This document shows, in pieces, positions 12,623 through 25,039 of a stretch of 64,000 bases of DNA. Within the stretch, counting starts at the first letter, position 1, and each line of letters opens with the position of its first letter. Source of the DNA: Octopus vulgaris (taxonomy: Eukaryota). The notes beneath the pieces were generated by a model, which was not told the DNA's origin, made no database searches, and worked only from the letters and a program-made list of their open reading frames with translations. The DNA is taken from the NCBI GenBank assembly GCA_951406725.2, contig OX597814.1:164424001-164488000 (forward strand). The letters are read 5' to 3'. Both the position numbers and the translations under genes were made by a program.

Positions 12623-12778
12623 ATGTTATGATATATGATATAATGATTTTTTTTTGTTAAAATTCCCGTGACGAGGATTAACTCTGGATTCCTTACCCCC
12701 ATATAGTTTGTGCATTTAGAGGGTTTAGATTTGTGATACTATCCTTTTATTTCTCACTGTAGATGGGCAGATTTGCTA

Positions 12779-13140
12779 TCTTACTATAATGAGTGTTATG
12801 TCTGTCCAGCTGTCCATCTGTCCATCTCTTTGTTTGTTCCCTCTTCATGGCCAGATGGCTAGACCAATGGTTATGATATTTTTGGGGATTACAAAGACGG
12901 TCGTCAGAAAGGTTTTAAGCATTAAAAAATCAGAAAGTATGATTATTTCGTGGATATCTATTTTTGAATTGACAAACTACCTTTGCATTTTTATTAAAAA
13001 TTTACCGACCATGAATAACTCTGGATTTTCATCGTATAGTTCGTGGCCCAATTATAGATACAAAGTGGTTTGCAAAGATGGTTAATAACGAAAATAAAAT
13101 GGAAAAAGTGTTCGTCAGTATATAGTGTGTGTGATTATTT
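12779..13140 (+). mobile_element. Possible Helitron-like 5' fragment
   Basis: A|TCTTACTATAAT start followed by (TGTC)-like repeats; locally CpG-richer than the flanks. 3' end not identified. Confidence 0.4.
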
Positions 13141-13974
13141 AGTGGTTATTGAAGTGTATCAGTCTTGAACTGGATTCGAAACAGCTAATCAAAGCAGCTG
13201 TTGTTTACATCTCAGTTTTGTCAATCAAAATAACCCATGGTACCACAACATCCAGACATTATTTACATAGAACAGTGAGTCTTAGTTTGATTTTTTGTAG
13301 CCCCAAAGATTCCACTTGTGCATTCACAGCAAACAAGGCACAAGGCTAGACTTTAGATCATATATGTGTATTTTTACCCACTCTGATGTTTACACCTGGC
13401 CTGTTACATGTTGCTATGAGTAGAGCAACAGACTCCAGTAATTTGAAAATGAGTTTTGACCAAACTGAAAATACTGTCTACAAAGAAGTTTTGTAATCAT
13501 ATTGATATTATTGAAAGGAATATGATTCATAATCTAAATAAGGAAATTTGTGAACTTTGAATGTATAAGAGTATAAACAAGCGTTAAATAGCGTAAACAA
13601 CTAAAATAAAAGTATATCTAAATAAAATTTTTTTCTTAATACTTTTTATGTAGTGGTCAAAGGAAGGTCTGGCTTTCATTAGGAGTGGTCCACATAACCA
13701 TTCATGATACAGAGGCTGGGAGCCTATTTCAGTTCGGGAGTGAATCGTCATCACATGTCACTTAGTTGCAAACATGTCATATAGCTACAATAGAATGCTG
13801 TATCACCAACAATAATGTGATTTCTCTAAGACATCACCCAGTAATCTATCGAGTCCATTTACACATTTCTCAATACATACTGCCTTTATGACTTCGCTCC
13901 CTCATTTTATACCTCCATCATAGATGGGTAAATTTGCTAGTGCAATTCAATATAATATAATATAATATAATATA

Positions 13975-14572
13975 ACCACATGGTTCTGGGTTCAGCCCCA
14001 CTGTGTGGCACCTTGGACAAATGTCTTTTTCTATAGCCTTGGGCTGTCCAAAGCCTTGTGAGTGAATTTGGTAGATAGAAATTGAAAGGCGGTGAGCTGG
14101 CAGAAATGTTAGCATGCTGGGTGAAATGCTTAGCAGTATTTCATTTGTTCTGAGTTTAAATTCTGCCGAGGTCGACTTTGCCTTTCATCCTTTTGGGATC
14201 AATAAATTAAGTACCAATTACACACTGGGGTCGATGTAATCGACTTAATCCGTTTGTCTGTCCTTGTTTGCCCCCTCTGTGTTTAGCCCTTGTGGGCAAT
14301 AAAGAAATAAGAAACTGAAAGAAGTCCATTGTAAATGTGTGTGTGTGTGTGTGTGTTTGTCCCCCATCACTGCTTGGCAACCAGTGTTAGTGTGTTTGTG
14401 ACCCTGTAACTTAGCAGTTTGGAGGAAGAGATCAATAGAATAAGTACCAGGCTTAAAAGAGTAATTAAGTACTGAGGTTGATTCATTCAACTAAAAATCC
14501 TTCAAGGTGGTGCCCCATCATGGCTGTCACCTAATAACAGAGGCAAGTAAAAGACAAAAGATAAAAGATAAT
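13975..14572 (+). mobile_element. SINE family B with a nested family A copy (14087-14312)
   Basis: ggttcagccccactgtgtggcaccttggacaaatgtc ... aaggtggtgccccatcatggctg tail; family A copy inserted at gaaattgaaa / gaaactgaaa. Confidence 0.8.
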
Positions 14573-14587
14573 AAATATATATGTATG

Positions 14588-15000
14588 TCCAGCGCCGCCT
14601 CGACTGGCTTCTGTGCCGGTGGCACATAAAAAGCACCATCCGAACGTGGCCGATGCCAGCACCGCCTCGACTGGCTTCTGTGCCGGTGGCACATAAAATG
14701 CACCATCCAAATGTGGCTGATGCCAGTGCCGCCTTGGCTGGCTTCCGTGTCGGTGGCACGTTAAAAGCACCAACCGATCGTGGCTGATGCCAGACCCCCC
14801 CTGGCACCTGTGCAGGTGGCACGTAAAAAGCACCCACTACACTCGCGGAGTGGTTGGCATTAGGAAGGGCATCCAGCTGTAGAAACACTGCCAGATCAGA
14901 CTGGAGCCTGGTGCAGCCCCTGGCTTCCCAGACCCCGGTCGAATCGTCCAACCCATGCTAGCGCGGAAAGCGGACGTTAAACGATGATGATGATGATGAT
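14588..15000 (+). mobile_element. Retroposon with internal ~67-bp tandem repeats and (GAT)n tail (family C)
   Basis: Four units ctggcttctgtgccggtggcacataaaaagcacc, then aacccatgctagcgcggaaagcggacgttaaacgatgatgat. Confidence 0.85.
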
Positions 15001-16149
15001 ATATATAATTTGCCGTGACATTAAAAATGGTTATTGAGTACAAGGACAAAGTGGGCATGGTTTTGGCCCTGGGTCTCACTGGTGAGAACAAAGTGGACAT
15101 TCAAAGTTTGAAATCACTGTGATATGGGTATGTCTGATTTTCATTTTCGATTCTTCCTTCAATTTCACCCTTGTGCGCAAGAGAAAACTGTGGGTTTGAG
15201 TCGTTTTGACTGCTATTTTTAGAATGGTGGTGCTGTAAGTAGTACCCTTCATTATTAATTAATATATATATGTAGTATTATTATTATGATGATTTGGCTC
15301 TGAGTGACTCAAAGCTTCACAGGCTTTTTACAAAAACCTAACTCATTCAAGTTCAGATTACTGAATGAAGAAGTACACAAAGTCTAAGATGGTTACTGGA
15401 AAATAGGCTGCTATTGGTCAAGATGAGTTACATAGTATAGTGTTGGTAGAAGTGAGTTTGGCATTTCAGCAACATCAGATGCACTAGAAAGAATTTCTTG
15501 GACTGTGTGACTGGACAGGAAGCTGGTGGTGCCTTCGTGTCTGGTGGACCTTTGAAGGGAATTGGAAGCTGCCAGAAGCAAAGCCAATGTGTGTGTGTGT
15601 GTGTGTGTGTACCAGATGTACGAGTGCATGGATGTGGGCATGTTATTGGGTGTATGAACGTGTGTGTGTGTGCATATGAATATGTGTGTGTTAGTGCCTG
15701 CTATATATGCATACAAGTGTGAATGTGTTTAGGATGCATGTATGGGGATATGTGCATAAGTATGTACATACTTGTATTATACCTTGTGTATAAATGTATG
15801 AGTGCGTGTGTGTTTGTCTGGAAGAACATGTATGCATGTGTTTTTGTCAAGTGTGTATGTTTGTGTGCATATATGTACATGACTTTGTATGTATACTGCA
15901 TGATAAATGTATGCTAGTGTAATTGCAACTGCATTACTGGGGGAGGGGGAAGACAGGTGTTGGTCTTTGGTGGTGATGGGTGGAAGGGAAGAGAGGAGAA
16001 GTATATATACACAGACGTGTGTATGTGTGTGTGTGTGCATGTATAGATGTGTGTGTTTGTGTTTGCATGCATATACTTCATTTATGATGATGAAAGTAGG
16101 GGTTACAGGGGATGCATAAGGTTGTAAAGTTGGCCTGTAGTCTACATAG

Positions 16150-16960
16150 GTATATATGGTTAGGAAACCTGTTCTTGCTAGTGGGGCAGCCAGTGTTGAG
16201 GCACAGCCAATGTTAAGGTAGTATATCTGGGTTGTTGGCAGCCAGTGGTTTGAAGTTCACCAGGAGGGTGTACCTCTGAGGGCAACAATAAGATAGTTCA
16301 TAGTTCCTGTTGATCATTACTACAGGTTGGTGGAGAGTGTACAGTCTTTCATGTAGGCAGAGATGGCAATGTCAAGTGGTAGCTGAGCAGGCTGGGGCCC
16401 TGTCAATGGTTGCCCATTTGATGGTGGGGATTTAATTCTGGAGGTCATTAGTATCTCCAAGAAACAAGACAAAGAGGTGGAATTCTCTCTATTCCTGCAT
16501 CTGAATGAGTACAAATGCTGTGTGTATCTTCCCTTAAAGTTATTGGCCATCATACATGTGTATTGTCTTGTGATGCCATTGGATGGTGTGAGGGTAGCTC
16601 TATAGACAATGGCCCTTGAAAAGCAAGATCCTCTTAGAGAGCAGCTGGTAGGGTTTTGGAAGTTACAGATTGGGGTTGGATGTTGTGCAGGTGCATGTTT
16701 ATGCCTGTTGTAGCATGCAATTTTAGAAGTGACATTATCTTGGCAGGAGTAGCTCACCTTCATGTTTTGTAGCTTGAAGAACTTATATTACTAGTGGCCT
16801 TTGGGAAATGCTTCTTAATCAGTGGCAGGAAACTCCTAGCTGAAGTGTTGATAACTTCTAGGTTAGATGGAGGGTTGAACCAGATTATCTTTCTCTTTCT
16901 GATCCTATTTGAGTGTTAGAGTAGGCATTAAGGGTTCTCCATTAGTATATTTCAAAATAT
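16150..16960 (-). mobile_element. Penelope-like element remnant (RT C-terminus, linker, GIY-YIG)
   Basis: IIWFNP...FLPLIKKHFP...MKVSYSC...CN..NP.SC.LRGSC...IVYRA...Y..M..N.FKGRY..H..SF...STSLS...CHLCLHE, with frameshifts. Confidence 0.8.
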
Positions 16961-18186
16961 TTTTACTTTTTGCTTGATGTGCTCAAGCCTTTTGTTGGCA
17001 ACTTACTTTATTCATGTATACTACCTACACTGCATATTTACTCATACCATATACTTTATAGTCATTTTCTCTGTTGGCATCAAAGATTTTGTCTCTCTCA
17101 GAATAAAGGACAGATTATATGATGTTTGTTTATAAAGCATGACTTTCTATGGTAGTGAAAATGTGCATAGAATATAGAGGATATGCAAAAGCTGGACAAA
17201 AATGAGGTGAGCATAGTCCCTTTTATTGTATTTGTAAAAACCTGCTTAATTAAAATGATATGTTCCTTATCCTTCCTTATATAACAGTTGATGTTGTTTT
17301 TGTTCACATGTTCCCTTTCAGCAATTTTCTTTGGGCTTCTCCAGTCTTGTCTCATGTGCTTCCAATGTTATTAAGTAAAGAATTCTGTCAATATTAACCC
17401 CACCACAGGTAGCAAGTGGCAAAATTATTACTGCATTAGAAAACATGGTTAGGGACATTTATTCCAGCTCTTTACGTACTGAGTTCAAGTGCCATCTAGG
17501 TCAACTTTGCTTTTCATCTTTTAGGGATTGATAAAATAAGGACCAGTTGAGCACTGGGATCAATGATGTAATTTTGTTTCCTGCTCTCTTCAAAATTGCT
17601 GGCTTTGTGCCAAAATTAGAAAGAATATTAATTCAAGCTATCAACAGCTTTTTGTCAATTTACAATTCCATTTTATGTGCTGGTTAATGGCTTCTATGAT
17701 TAAGAAAAAAAAAAAATGAGGCAAGGGAGATAATTAAGTTTCTAACTGTTAAAGCAATTTCTCTTTCAGAGAAGAATCATTTCAAAATCTTATTGTCATC
17801 TTTTCAGTTGACTAAAGAGGCAAGAAGAAAAATAATCTTGTTCTAAATTTTGCTGTTGAATCCATTGCATCTATTTTTAAACAGTATGAGATTAAATATA
17901 CACAAACATCTTCATGGTAAACAGATTTTTAGTGGTATTATGAAAATGCTTTAGATAAATTCATTGCATTTTTCATAGATATCCTGAGTTTTGTGTTTTG
18001 TGTTTTATGTAGCTTGCTGAGAAAGCTTTATATCAACACTTATAACATCAAATGTTTGTTTATCAGGTATAAAAGAGTTACAGTGGCCTTCTTGATAGTC
18101 GAAGAACCTAAAATGTCATTGATTTGTATTCCATTACTGGGAGTGTGTTGTAGCCATGGATATTCTTACATGCTTTATTCACTTAC

Positions 18187-18228
18187 CTTTAAATGCCAGT
18201 AATAGCAGAAAGAGTAATCTTGCTCCAT
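18187..18228 (-). CDS. Weak candidate first exon for ninjurin paralog A (MEQDYSFCYYWHLK)
   Basis: ATG followed by 14 codons ending AAG|GTAAGT, a consensus donor in phase 0, located between the two ninjurin exons. No homology support. Confidence 0.3.
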
Positions 18229-18269
18229 ATTTATATTTGCATATATCTAAACTCGGTGACTGGCATCTG

Positions 18270-18730
18270 TTGAAACTTGGTGACTGGCATCCATTGCTAG
18301 TGGAGCACTAAGAGTACCATATGAGTGAGATCGTTGCCAGAGCAACAATCTGGCCTTCGTGCCAATGGCACATTAAAAACACCATTCGAGCATGATCGTT
18401 ACTTGCGTCGCCTTACTAGCACTTGTGCTGGTGGCACGTGAAAAAACATTCGAGCGAGGTCGTTGCCAATGCCGCTGGACTGACTCCTGTGCAGGTGGCA
18501 CATAAAAAGCACCATTTGAGTGTGGCTGTTGCCAGTACCACCTAACTGGCCCTCGTGCCCGTGGCACGTAAAAGCACCCACTACACTCTCGGAGTGGTTG
18601 GCTTTAGGAAGAGCATCCAGCTGTAGAAACTCTGCCAGATCAGATTGGAGTCTGGTTTGCCAGACCTCAGTCAAATCATCCAACCCATGCTAGCATGGAA
18701 AGCGGACATTAAATGATGATGATGATGATC
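18270..18730 (+). mobile_element. Family C retroposon copy
   Basis: Same tandem units and aacccatgctagcatggaaagcggac...(GAT)n tail. Confidence 0.85.
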
Positions 18731-19039
18731 CCTGACTTTCAGATGTAACAGCTGAGAATGGAAATGACTTAGAAATGCTAGAATCCCTGAATCTTAATGC
18801 TTAGTGTTTAATGTTTTTAAAATACTCCATGAAACTCTAATTAATCTTAATAGTCACTGCAGATAAACAATGCTATAATCCCCAAGTTCTACTGTTATTG
18901 TGTTTATACATCTATTGTGCCAAGTGTTGGTTAAGTTGCTTCAAGTCTTGGATGTTGCATCACTTCTGCTTTGTACTGCAGGACAAGATAGTGCAAAGTA
19001 CCTGAATTTGGTAAGTTTTCTGTAATAAGTATTAATAAC

Positions 19040-19445
19040 TGTTGTTATTGTTGCTTAACTCTAAGGTCAAACCTGATTGGACAGATTTATGATCAAGGAC
19101 ATTCCAACCATGACCATTTTCTTTTTTTTTTTCTTTGCAATTAATGTATCTAAGACTATGTTATTCAAAGTGTCTTTCTTCTTTGTAAACAGTAAGGTGA
19201 AATTTGAGAGTGATTTAACTGATATTTCTAGTAGGTTAAGCAGCCATAAATAAGACTCCTCATTGGTCCATATTGCTGAATGTTGTTCTTGTTGTTTAAC
19301 CTGTGTCATCGTTGATTGAACTGGTTTATGATCAAAGCCATTCAGCCATGATCCTTCAGTCATTTATATAATGTAACCTTTATGTTTTAAAATATTAGTG
19401 TGATTTGAGAGATATTTTGGTTGCTATTTCTAACTGGTCCAGTGA
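19040..19445 (+). repeat. Two copies of an old dispersed repeat (others at ~45-240, 11800-12000, 44680-44840, 56790-57050, 60620-61010, 62745-62900)
   Basis: Shared motifs cctgattg.gcagac.tatgatcaaaggcattcca.ccatgaccat and gatttg.ctgctatttctagc. Confidence 0.65.
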
Positions 19446-20479
19446 TCATGAGAACATTTCAAGTTCTTTTGAGAGAGGTTGCATTATTGACAGTTTTATC
19501 AACTACTAGTTTTAAATTCATGTCCTCTTCATGGCTAGGATAATGTACAGTTAGATGTCATCCACTCATGAGTATGGACTGGTAAAATACCATGCTTTTG
19601 CTAATTCTTTTAGGTTCCTGTGAAGTTGCAAGCAAACATATGTAACCTCTTGGTCCTCCTCACTTTTGACTCAGTAGCACATCTGTGAAGTGATAGCTAC
19701 AGGGAGAGAGAGAGAGAGCTGCATCAACACACAACTGGTATTCATTTGAATACACTGAAGCAAATGAAATAACATACCTTGCCCAACGATACAATTCACT
19801 GCTCATTCCAAGAACTTAATGCATTTTGTGATCATAAGCTGAACACCCTAAGCACTACTCCATATGCTTTCAATGCCTAGATAATGGCATCAAGAAATCA
19901 CTTAAGTGTATTGTCTTTGTATTACTAAATGAACACAAAGTCTTTAGTGGTGGGCCTATAACACAATAGGATTGCTGGAATGAACATTACCATCAATATA
20001 TGTCTATCTGTCTATTTATATATATATATATATATATATAATCATATCAAAGGGAAATGGAAATTAATTAAAATTTACATTTCCAGTGGTCTAACGTGTA
20101 GAAAATTTAGTCAAAAAGATTATATATTAGTCATACGATACAGTGTTTATTTAAACACATAAGGAATCCACTTATAGGAATTCAACATGCTAGAATGAAC
20201 AGCTAGGTTCTATAACCACAAAAATTAGGGATAAAATGTCGAATTTTATATACACTATATCGAATATATATAATATATTTTATCTTTTACTTGTTTCAAT
20301 CATTAGAATGTAGCTATGCTGGGGTAGTACCTTGAAGCATTTAGTTGAGAAAATTGACCCCAGTACTTTTAAAGTCTGGTATCCATCTGTCTCTTTTGTC
20401 AAACTACTAAGATATGGAGATGTAAACAAATAGTGGTTGTCAAGTGGCAGTGGGGGACAAATGCTATGATCTGTCTTAA

Positions 20480-20880
20480 TAAAGACTGATCATAATATTG
20501 AAGCAAGGAGACCAAATATGATTGTTTTCTTAACAGAAGGGACAAATGGTGTCAGATCATTGAATTGACAATTCCATAAAGGAAAAGAGTGGATAAAAAG
20601 GAAACTGAGAACTTCAAGGAATTTCAGGATCTAGCCTAAGAAATGAAGAGAATGTTCAATACAAGGATGAAAATTGTTCTTGATGTAATTGGTGCATTTA
20701 GAAAACTGCTACCTTAGATGCTAAAGGATATTGTAATTGAGACACATGTCAATGTGCAGTAATGACCATCATGCGTTCTACAAGAATCCTAAGAAAGGAT
20801 TTTGAAATTTGAGGAGACTTGTTATCAAACTCCAGGAAATCATTCTTGCAAAGTAAATTAGAATGTAATGGCTTTTTTAT
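20480..20880 (+). mobile_element. R4/Dong-like LINE 3' remnant (restriction-like endonuclease)
   Basis: Degenerate RPNMIV...CQIIELTIP...KKETE...DLA.EMKRMF...KIV.DVIGA, followed by a decayed triplet tract ending in (TAA)n. Confidence 0.6.
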
Positions 20881-20955
20881 ACTACTGCCGCTGTTGCTGC
20901 TGCTGTTGCTGCTGCTGTTGCTGCTGATGCTGTTGCTGCTGCTACTACAACAACA

Positions 20956-21026
<71 letters not shown>

Positions 21027-21039
21027 CAATAATAATCCT

Positions 21040-21492
21040 TTCTACCAAAGGCACAAGGCCTGAAATTTTGGGGGAGGGGACTAGTCAATTACAACAACCC
21101 CAGTGTTTCATTGACACTTAATTTATCGACCCTGAAAGGATAAAAAGCAAAGTCAACCTCAGTGGAATTTGAACTCAGAATGTAGCAACAGGCAAAATAC
21201 CTATTTCTTTACTACCCGCAAGGGGCTAAACACAGAGGGGACAAACAAGCACAGACAAACGGATTAAGTCGATTACATCGACACCCCAGTCTGTAACTGG
21301 TACTTAATATATCGACCCCGAAAGGATGAAAGGCAAAGTCGACCTCGGCGGAATTTGAACTCAGAACGTAATGGCAGTCGAAATACGGCTACGCATTTCG
21401 CCCGATGTGCTAATGTTTCTGCAGCTCGCAACAGGCAAAATACCACTAAGCATTATGTCCAGCCTGCTAATGATTCTCTCTGCTTGCCACCT
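21040..21492 (-). mobile_element. Family A SINE cluster
   Basis: gaaaggatgaaaggcaaagtcgacctcggcggaatttgaactcagaacg, the reverse complement of family A. Confidence 0.85.
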
Positions 21493-21496
21493 TAAT

Positions 21497-21586
<90 letters not shown>

Positions 21587-21678
21587 GGTGGTGGTGGTGG
21601 TGGTGGTGGTGGTGATGGTGGTGGTGGTTGTGGTGGTGGTTGTGGTGGTGGTTGTGGTGGTGGTGGTGATGGTGATGT

Positions 21679-21709
<31 letters not shown>

Positions 21710-21718
21710 AATGATAAT
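21497..21718. repeat. Compound triplet microsatellite (TAA)n(TGA)n(TGG)n(TGA)n
   Basis: Directly visible; source of the homopolymeric ORFs. Confidence 0.95.
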
Positions 21719-21959
21719 CCCTAACATGCACAAGACCAGATATTTGAAGGAAGCTTTTAGTTGATTATATCTACCCTATTACTTGGCTGTGAGTCGGTGG
21801 CCAGTGGGTGATGATTCACACCCAGTACTATCCTCTCAGCAATATACCAACACTTAATATAAAAATGGATAAGTGGTATAAAGAAATACTAAACATGGTA
21901 TGTAACAATGACTGGCTCCATTTATTTAGTACATGCTTATCTTGATGACAAGGGTATGA

Positions 21960-22280
21960 AGGCCAACTGTTCAGGTATAACTGCCAAAGGTTGGAATGAA
22001 AATCTCTGTAATCAGATAGACATCTCAATGCCTTCTGACCAAGACATCACACAAAAAGAGGTAAAAAAGTACAAGGATCCTGAAACTGAAATAAATAGGC
22101 TGTGGGGGATGGAAGTAAAAAAACAATACCAATAATAATAATAACTGTAGCTCTAGGAAGGATAAACAAGAGTATGAACACAAACCTCCCACAAAACAGA
22201 AAAACATTATACAAGATTCCAAACACTACATATAGTTTAAGGGATAGCTTTGCTAGATACAGCCCACATCCAAAGTGAGA
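21960..22280 (+). mobile_element. Second R4/Dong-like endonuclease remnant
   Basis: IDISMPSDQDITQKEVKKYKDPETEINRLWGM...IITVALG resembles the IDxxxP...KExEKxxKYxxL...W...VIGALG motif. Confidence 0.6.
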
Positions 22281-23431
22281 CACTCAATTTCATAGGTCAG
22301 CTGATATGATTCAAAATACATTCTCTATGTATTCATAACCTGATAAAATAATGGTTTCAAATTTTGGAAAATGGCCAGCAATTTCGGGGGAGGGTTAAGT
22401 CAATTACATTGACACTTAGTGTTCAACTGGTACTTACTCTATTGGCCACCCCACTTCTAACGGATGAAAGGCAAAGTCGACCTCAGCAGAATTTGCACTC
22501 AGAATGTAAAGACAGATGAAATACTATAGGGATATTGCCTAGCATGCTAATGATTTTGCCAGCTTGCCACCTTATAATTCTTTAAAAATAATACAACTAG
22601 TAAAATTTATACGCATCAGAATTACTAACCAATAATATGAGGTAACCCACGCAGCACATGTAACTGTTGTTTTGAGGGCACATGGAAGTTCATTCCGTTA
22701 AAAAAAAAAACAACATAAATATGTCCTTTTCTTTTTGCTCCTTTTATTTATTTACTTATTTATATTTTTGTATAGATTCCTCAGGTAAAGAGGCACTTGT
22801 TTTTGTGACATACGTTGTCCATGCATTTTCATTTGCCTGGAACTGATGATTTTCTCTTGGTTATAATGTTGGCAAAAATAAGTTGATGTTCTTGTTGGTG
22901 CTTTTATAATCATTCACCAATTTTTGTGCTTGTCAAATCAGGATTGTCTGTGTTTATAACTTTTTTACTTAATTGTCATTACTTGTGTTTTGTTCTTTTA
23001 GATATATTTTCTAGATTTCAAAAATTTAAGGTGGGACGTATTTGTTACTAATACCTTAAAGGATAGTACCTCCTCCCACTACCTCAGAAGTGGCTGTATT
23101 GAACCTCTTGTATACAAAGCAAAATGAATACTTGCAAGAGAGTGAGTACAAAAGAAATATTAATTTTCTTTTCCACCTTGCTGAGGTGAGGTGGATTTTT
23201 AAATATTCTGAAATCCTTCGTGAGTGTTTGCGGGATGGAAACAAGCATTTTCATTAAAAACTCATGGAAGAAAATAATTTCTGACCAGAGTTCTGTGAGA
23301 CTTGGCTGTCCAAGGAAACCACCATCAACAACACTGCCAGTAACAACAATAACAATTGTACAACAACACTGCCAATAGTAATAACAACATAAGTTGAAGG
23401 TCAGAAATTTGGGGTTTAGGATTAGTCAATT

Positions 23432-23725
23432 AAAACCATTCGAGCGTGGTCGTTGTTAGTACCACCTGACTGGCTCCTGTGCCAGTGACACGTAAAATGC
23501 ACTGTACAAGTGTGGTTGATACCAATACTAAATAACTGGCCCTCATGCCAGTGGCATGTAAAAAGCACCCACTACACTCTTGGAGTGGTTGGCGTTAGGA
23601 AGGACATCTAGTTGTGGAAACCTTGCCAGATCAGATTGGAGCCTAGTACAGCCTTCTGGCTTGCAAGTCCTCAGTCCATGCCAGCATGGAAAACGGATGT
23701 TAAACGACAATGGTGATGATGATGA
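23432..23725 (+). mobile_element. Family C retroposon copy
   Basis: Tandem units plus ccatgccagcatggaaaacggatgttaaacgac tail. Confidence 0.8.
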
Positions 23726-23981
23726 ATTAAAACAATCCAGTACTCAGCTAGTTCTTTATTTTTTAAACCCTTGAAGGGATGAAAGACAAAGTTGATTTCA
23801 GAAAGATTTGAACTCAAAACAAAAAGAGCCAGAATAAATAATGCAAGGCACTTTTCCAAGGCTCTAACAATATTGCTAAACCACTGCCTTTAACAAAAAC
23901 AATAATTATAATAATAATAATAGAATCAACTAGAACAAACAAGACCGAATGCGCTGAGGATTAAAAAAACAATAATAATAA

Positions 23982-24300
23982 TCTGTTGTGTCTGGGGAGA
24001 GTCATTTTCTTTTTGTGCCTTATAATGTAACACACTCACCAGTAAAATTTCCACTTATTTCTTATTTTTATTTTCCTAGAATTTTTGTTGCATCTTGCAA
24101 CCTTTTCAATAGTCTTGACTATTGAATAGTCCGGTGAATGTGTTACATTACCCTGTTACATTTACCGGTGAGTGTGTTACATTATAAAGCACAAAAAGAA
24201 AATGACTCTCCCCAGACACAACAGAATATGCTTCAACACACGAAATCATATAAAGAATCTTGCAAACCAAATCCCCAAAACGAAAAATAATAATTAAATT
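23982..24300. mobile_element. Second copy of the fold-back Penelope-like family, just downstream of the ninjurin B stop codon
   Basis: Closely similar to 320-652 (gagagtcattttctttttgtgccttataatgtaacacactcacc) and present in both orientations. Confidence 0.75.
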
Positions 24301-24333
24301 CATATGACTACAATTTAAATTTTCCTTCAATAT

Positions 24334-24690
24334 TTAATTTTTATTCTGCACGGCAAAAGCTGTTATAAAGATATTGCTTATAGTTATAATCAGTATTAAA
24401 ATAACTATGATGTTGTTTAAAATGTTCTGCCTTTTTAATTGTTCTTGCGTACTGCCTCTGGACACGGCGAGTATCCATAACATGTGTGCCACAACTACTT
24501 GAAGGACAAGTGACACGGAGATGAGAGTGATGAGCAGTATAAAGTAAGAGCTGCCTTGACCGCTGTCCAGTACTGACTTCAACTGCGACATATTAGACAT
24601 GAGTAAGGAGATGTCCAACAATCCCTGTGCCATTGTCTTCTTCGTCAAATACCGATTGTAGTTAAAGTGCTTACTTGCTGGAGGCATTTC
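24334..24690 (-). CDS. Ninjurin-family protein, terminal coding exon (paralog B)
   Basis: EMPPASKHFNYNRYLTKKTMAQGLLDISLLMSNMSQLKSVL...SLVLQVVVAHMLWILA...LNNIIVILILIITISNIFITAFAVQNKN*. Acceptor tctcttctaaag|GAA at 24691/24690, phase 0, equivalent position to paralog A. The ATG at 24687 could also initiate. Confidence 0.92.
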   Translation of the reverse strand, partial: EMPPASKHFNYNRYLTKKTMAQGLLDISLLMSNMSQLKSVLDSGQGSSYFILLITLISVSLVLQVVVAHMLWILAVSRGSTQEQLKRQNILNNIIVILILIITISNIFITAFAVQNKN

Positions 24691-25024
24691 CTTTAGAAGA
24701 GATACAAAATATGGTGATCAGCAGTGGATTTTAGAAAGTGAGAAAGGATAGGTGATTAACAGCATAATAGTTAGTGAGGGTGTGGTGAAGAGATGTGCTA
24801 TTGAGAAAATAGTACACGCAAAAGAGGGAAAGATGAGTGAGAAAGGGTGTAAATATGAAGCATGAAACAGAGAAGTGAGTTAAGAGTTTATGGATAGCTT
24901 TTTGTTTAAGAATGGGGCTATCACCGTAAAGCAGATTAATCAAACCCATGCCAGCTTAAGAAAATGGGTGCTAATACAATGATGATGGATGACACATGAA
25001 AAGGAGAGAGAGCTTTATCTATAC

Positions 25025-25039
25025 CTGAAAGAGGTCCAT
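25025..25039 (-). CDS. Weak candidate 15-nt microexon (MDLFQ) upstream of ninjurin paralog B
   Basis: ttatttttccatctcag|ATGGACCTCTTTCAG|gtatag, phase 0 on both sides; donor is weak. Confidence 0.25.

Noticed and set aside
14588-14835. CRISPR-like regularly spaced repeats
   Set aside because: The inter-repeat segments are homologous to each other, the array is part of a dispersed retroposon with three copies here, and there are no cas genes in this eukaryotic DNA.
21371-21764. Poly-N/D/G, poly-H and poly-I/T ORFs
   Set aside because: Translations of a triplet microsatellite.
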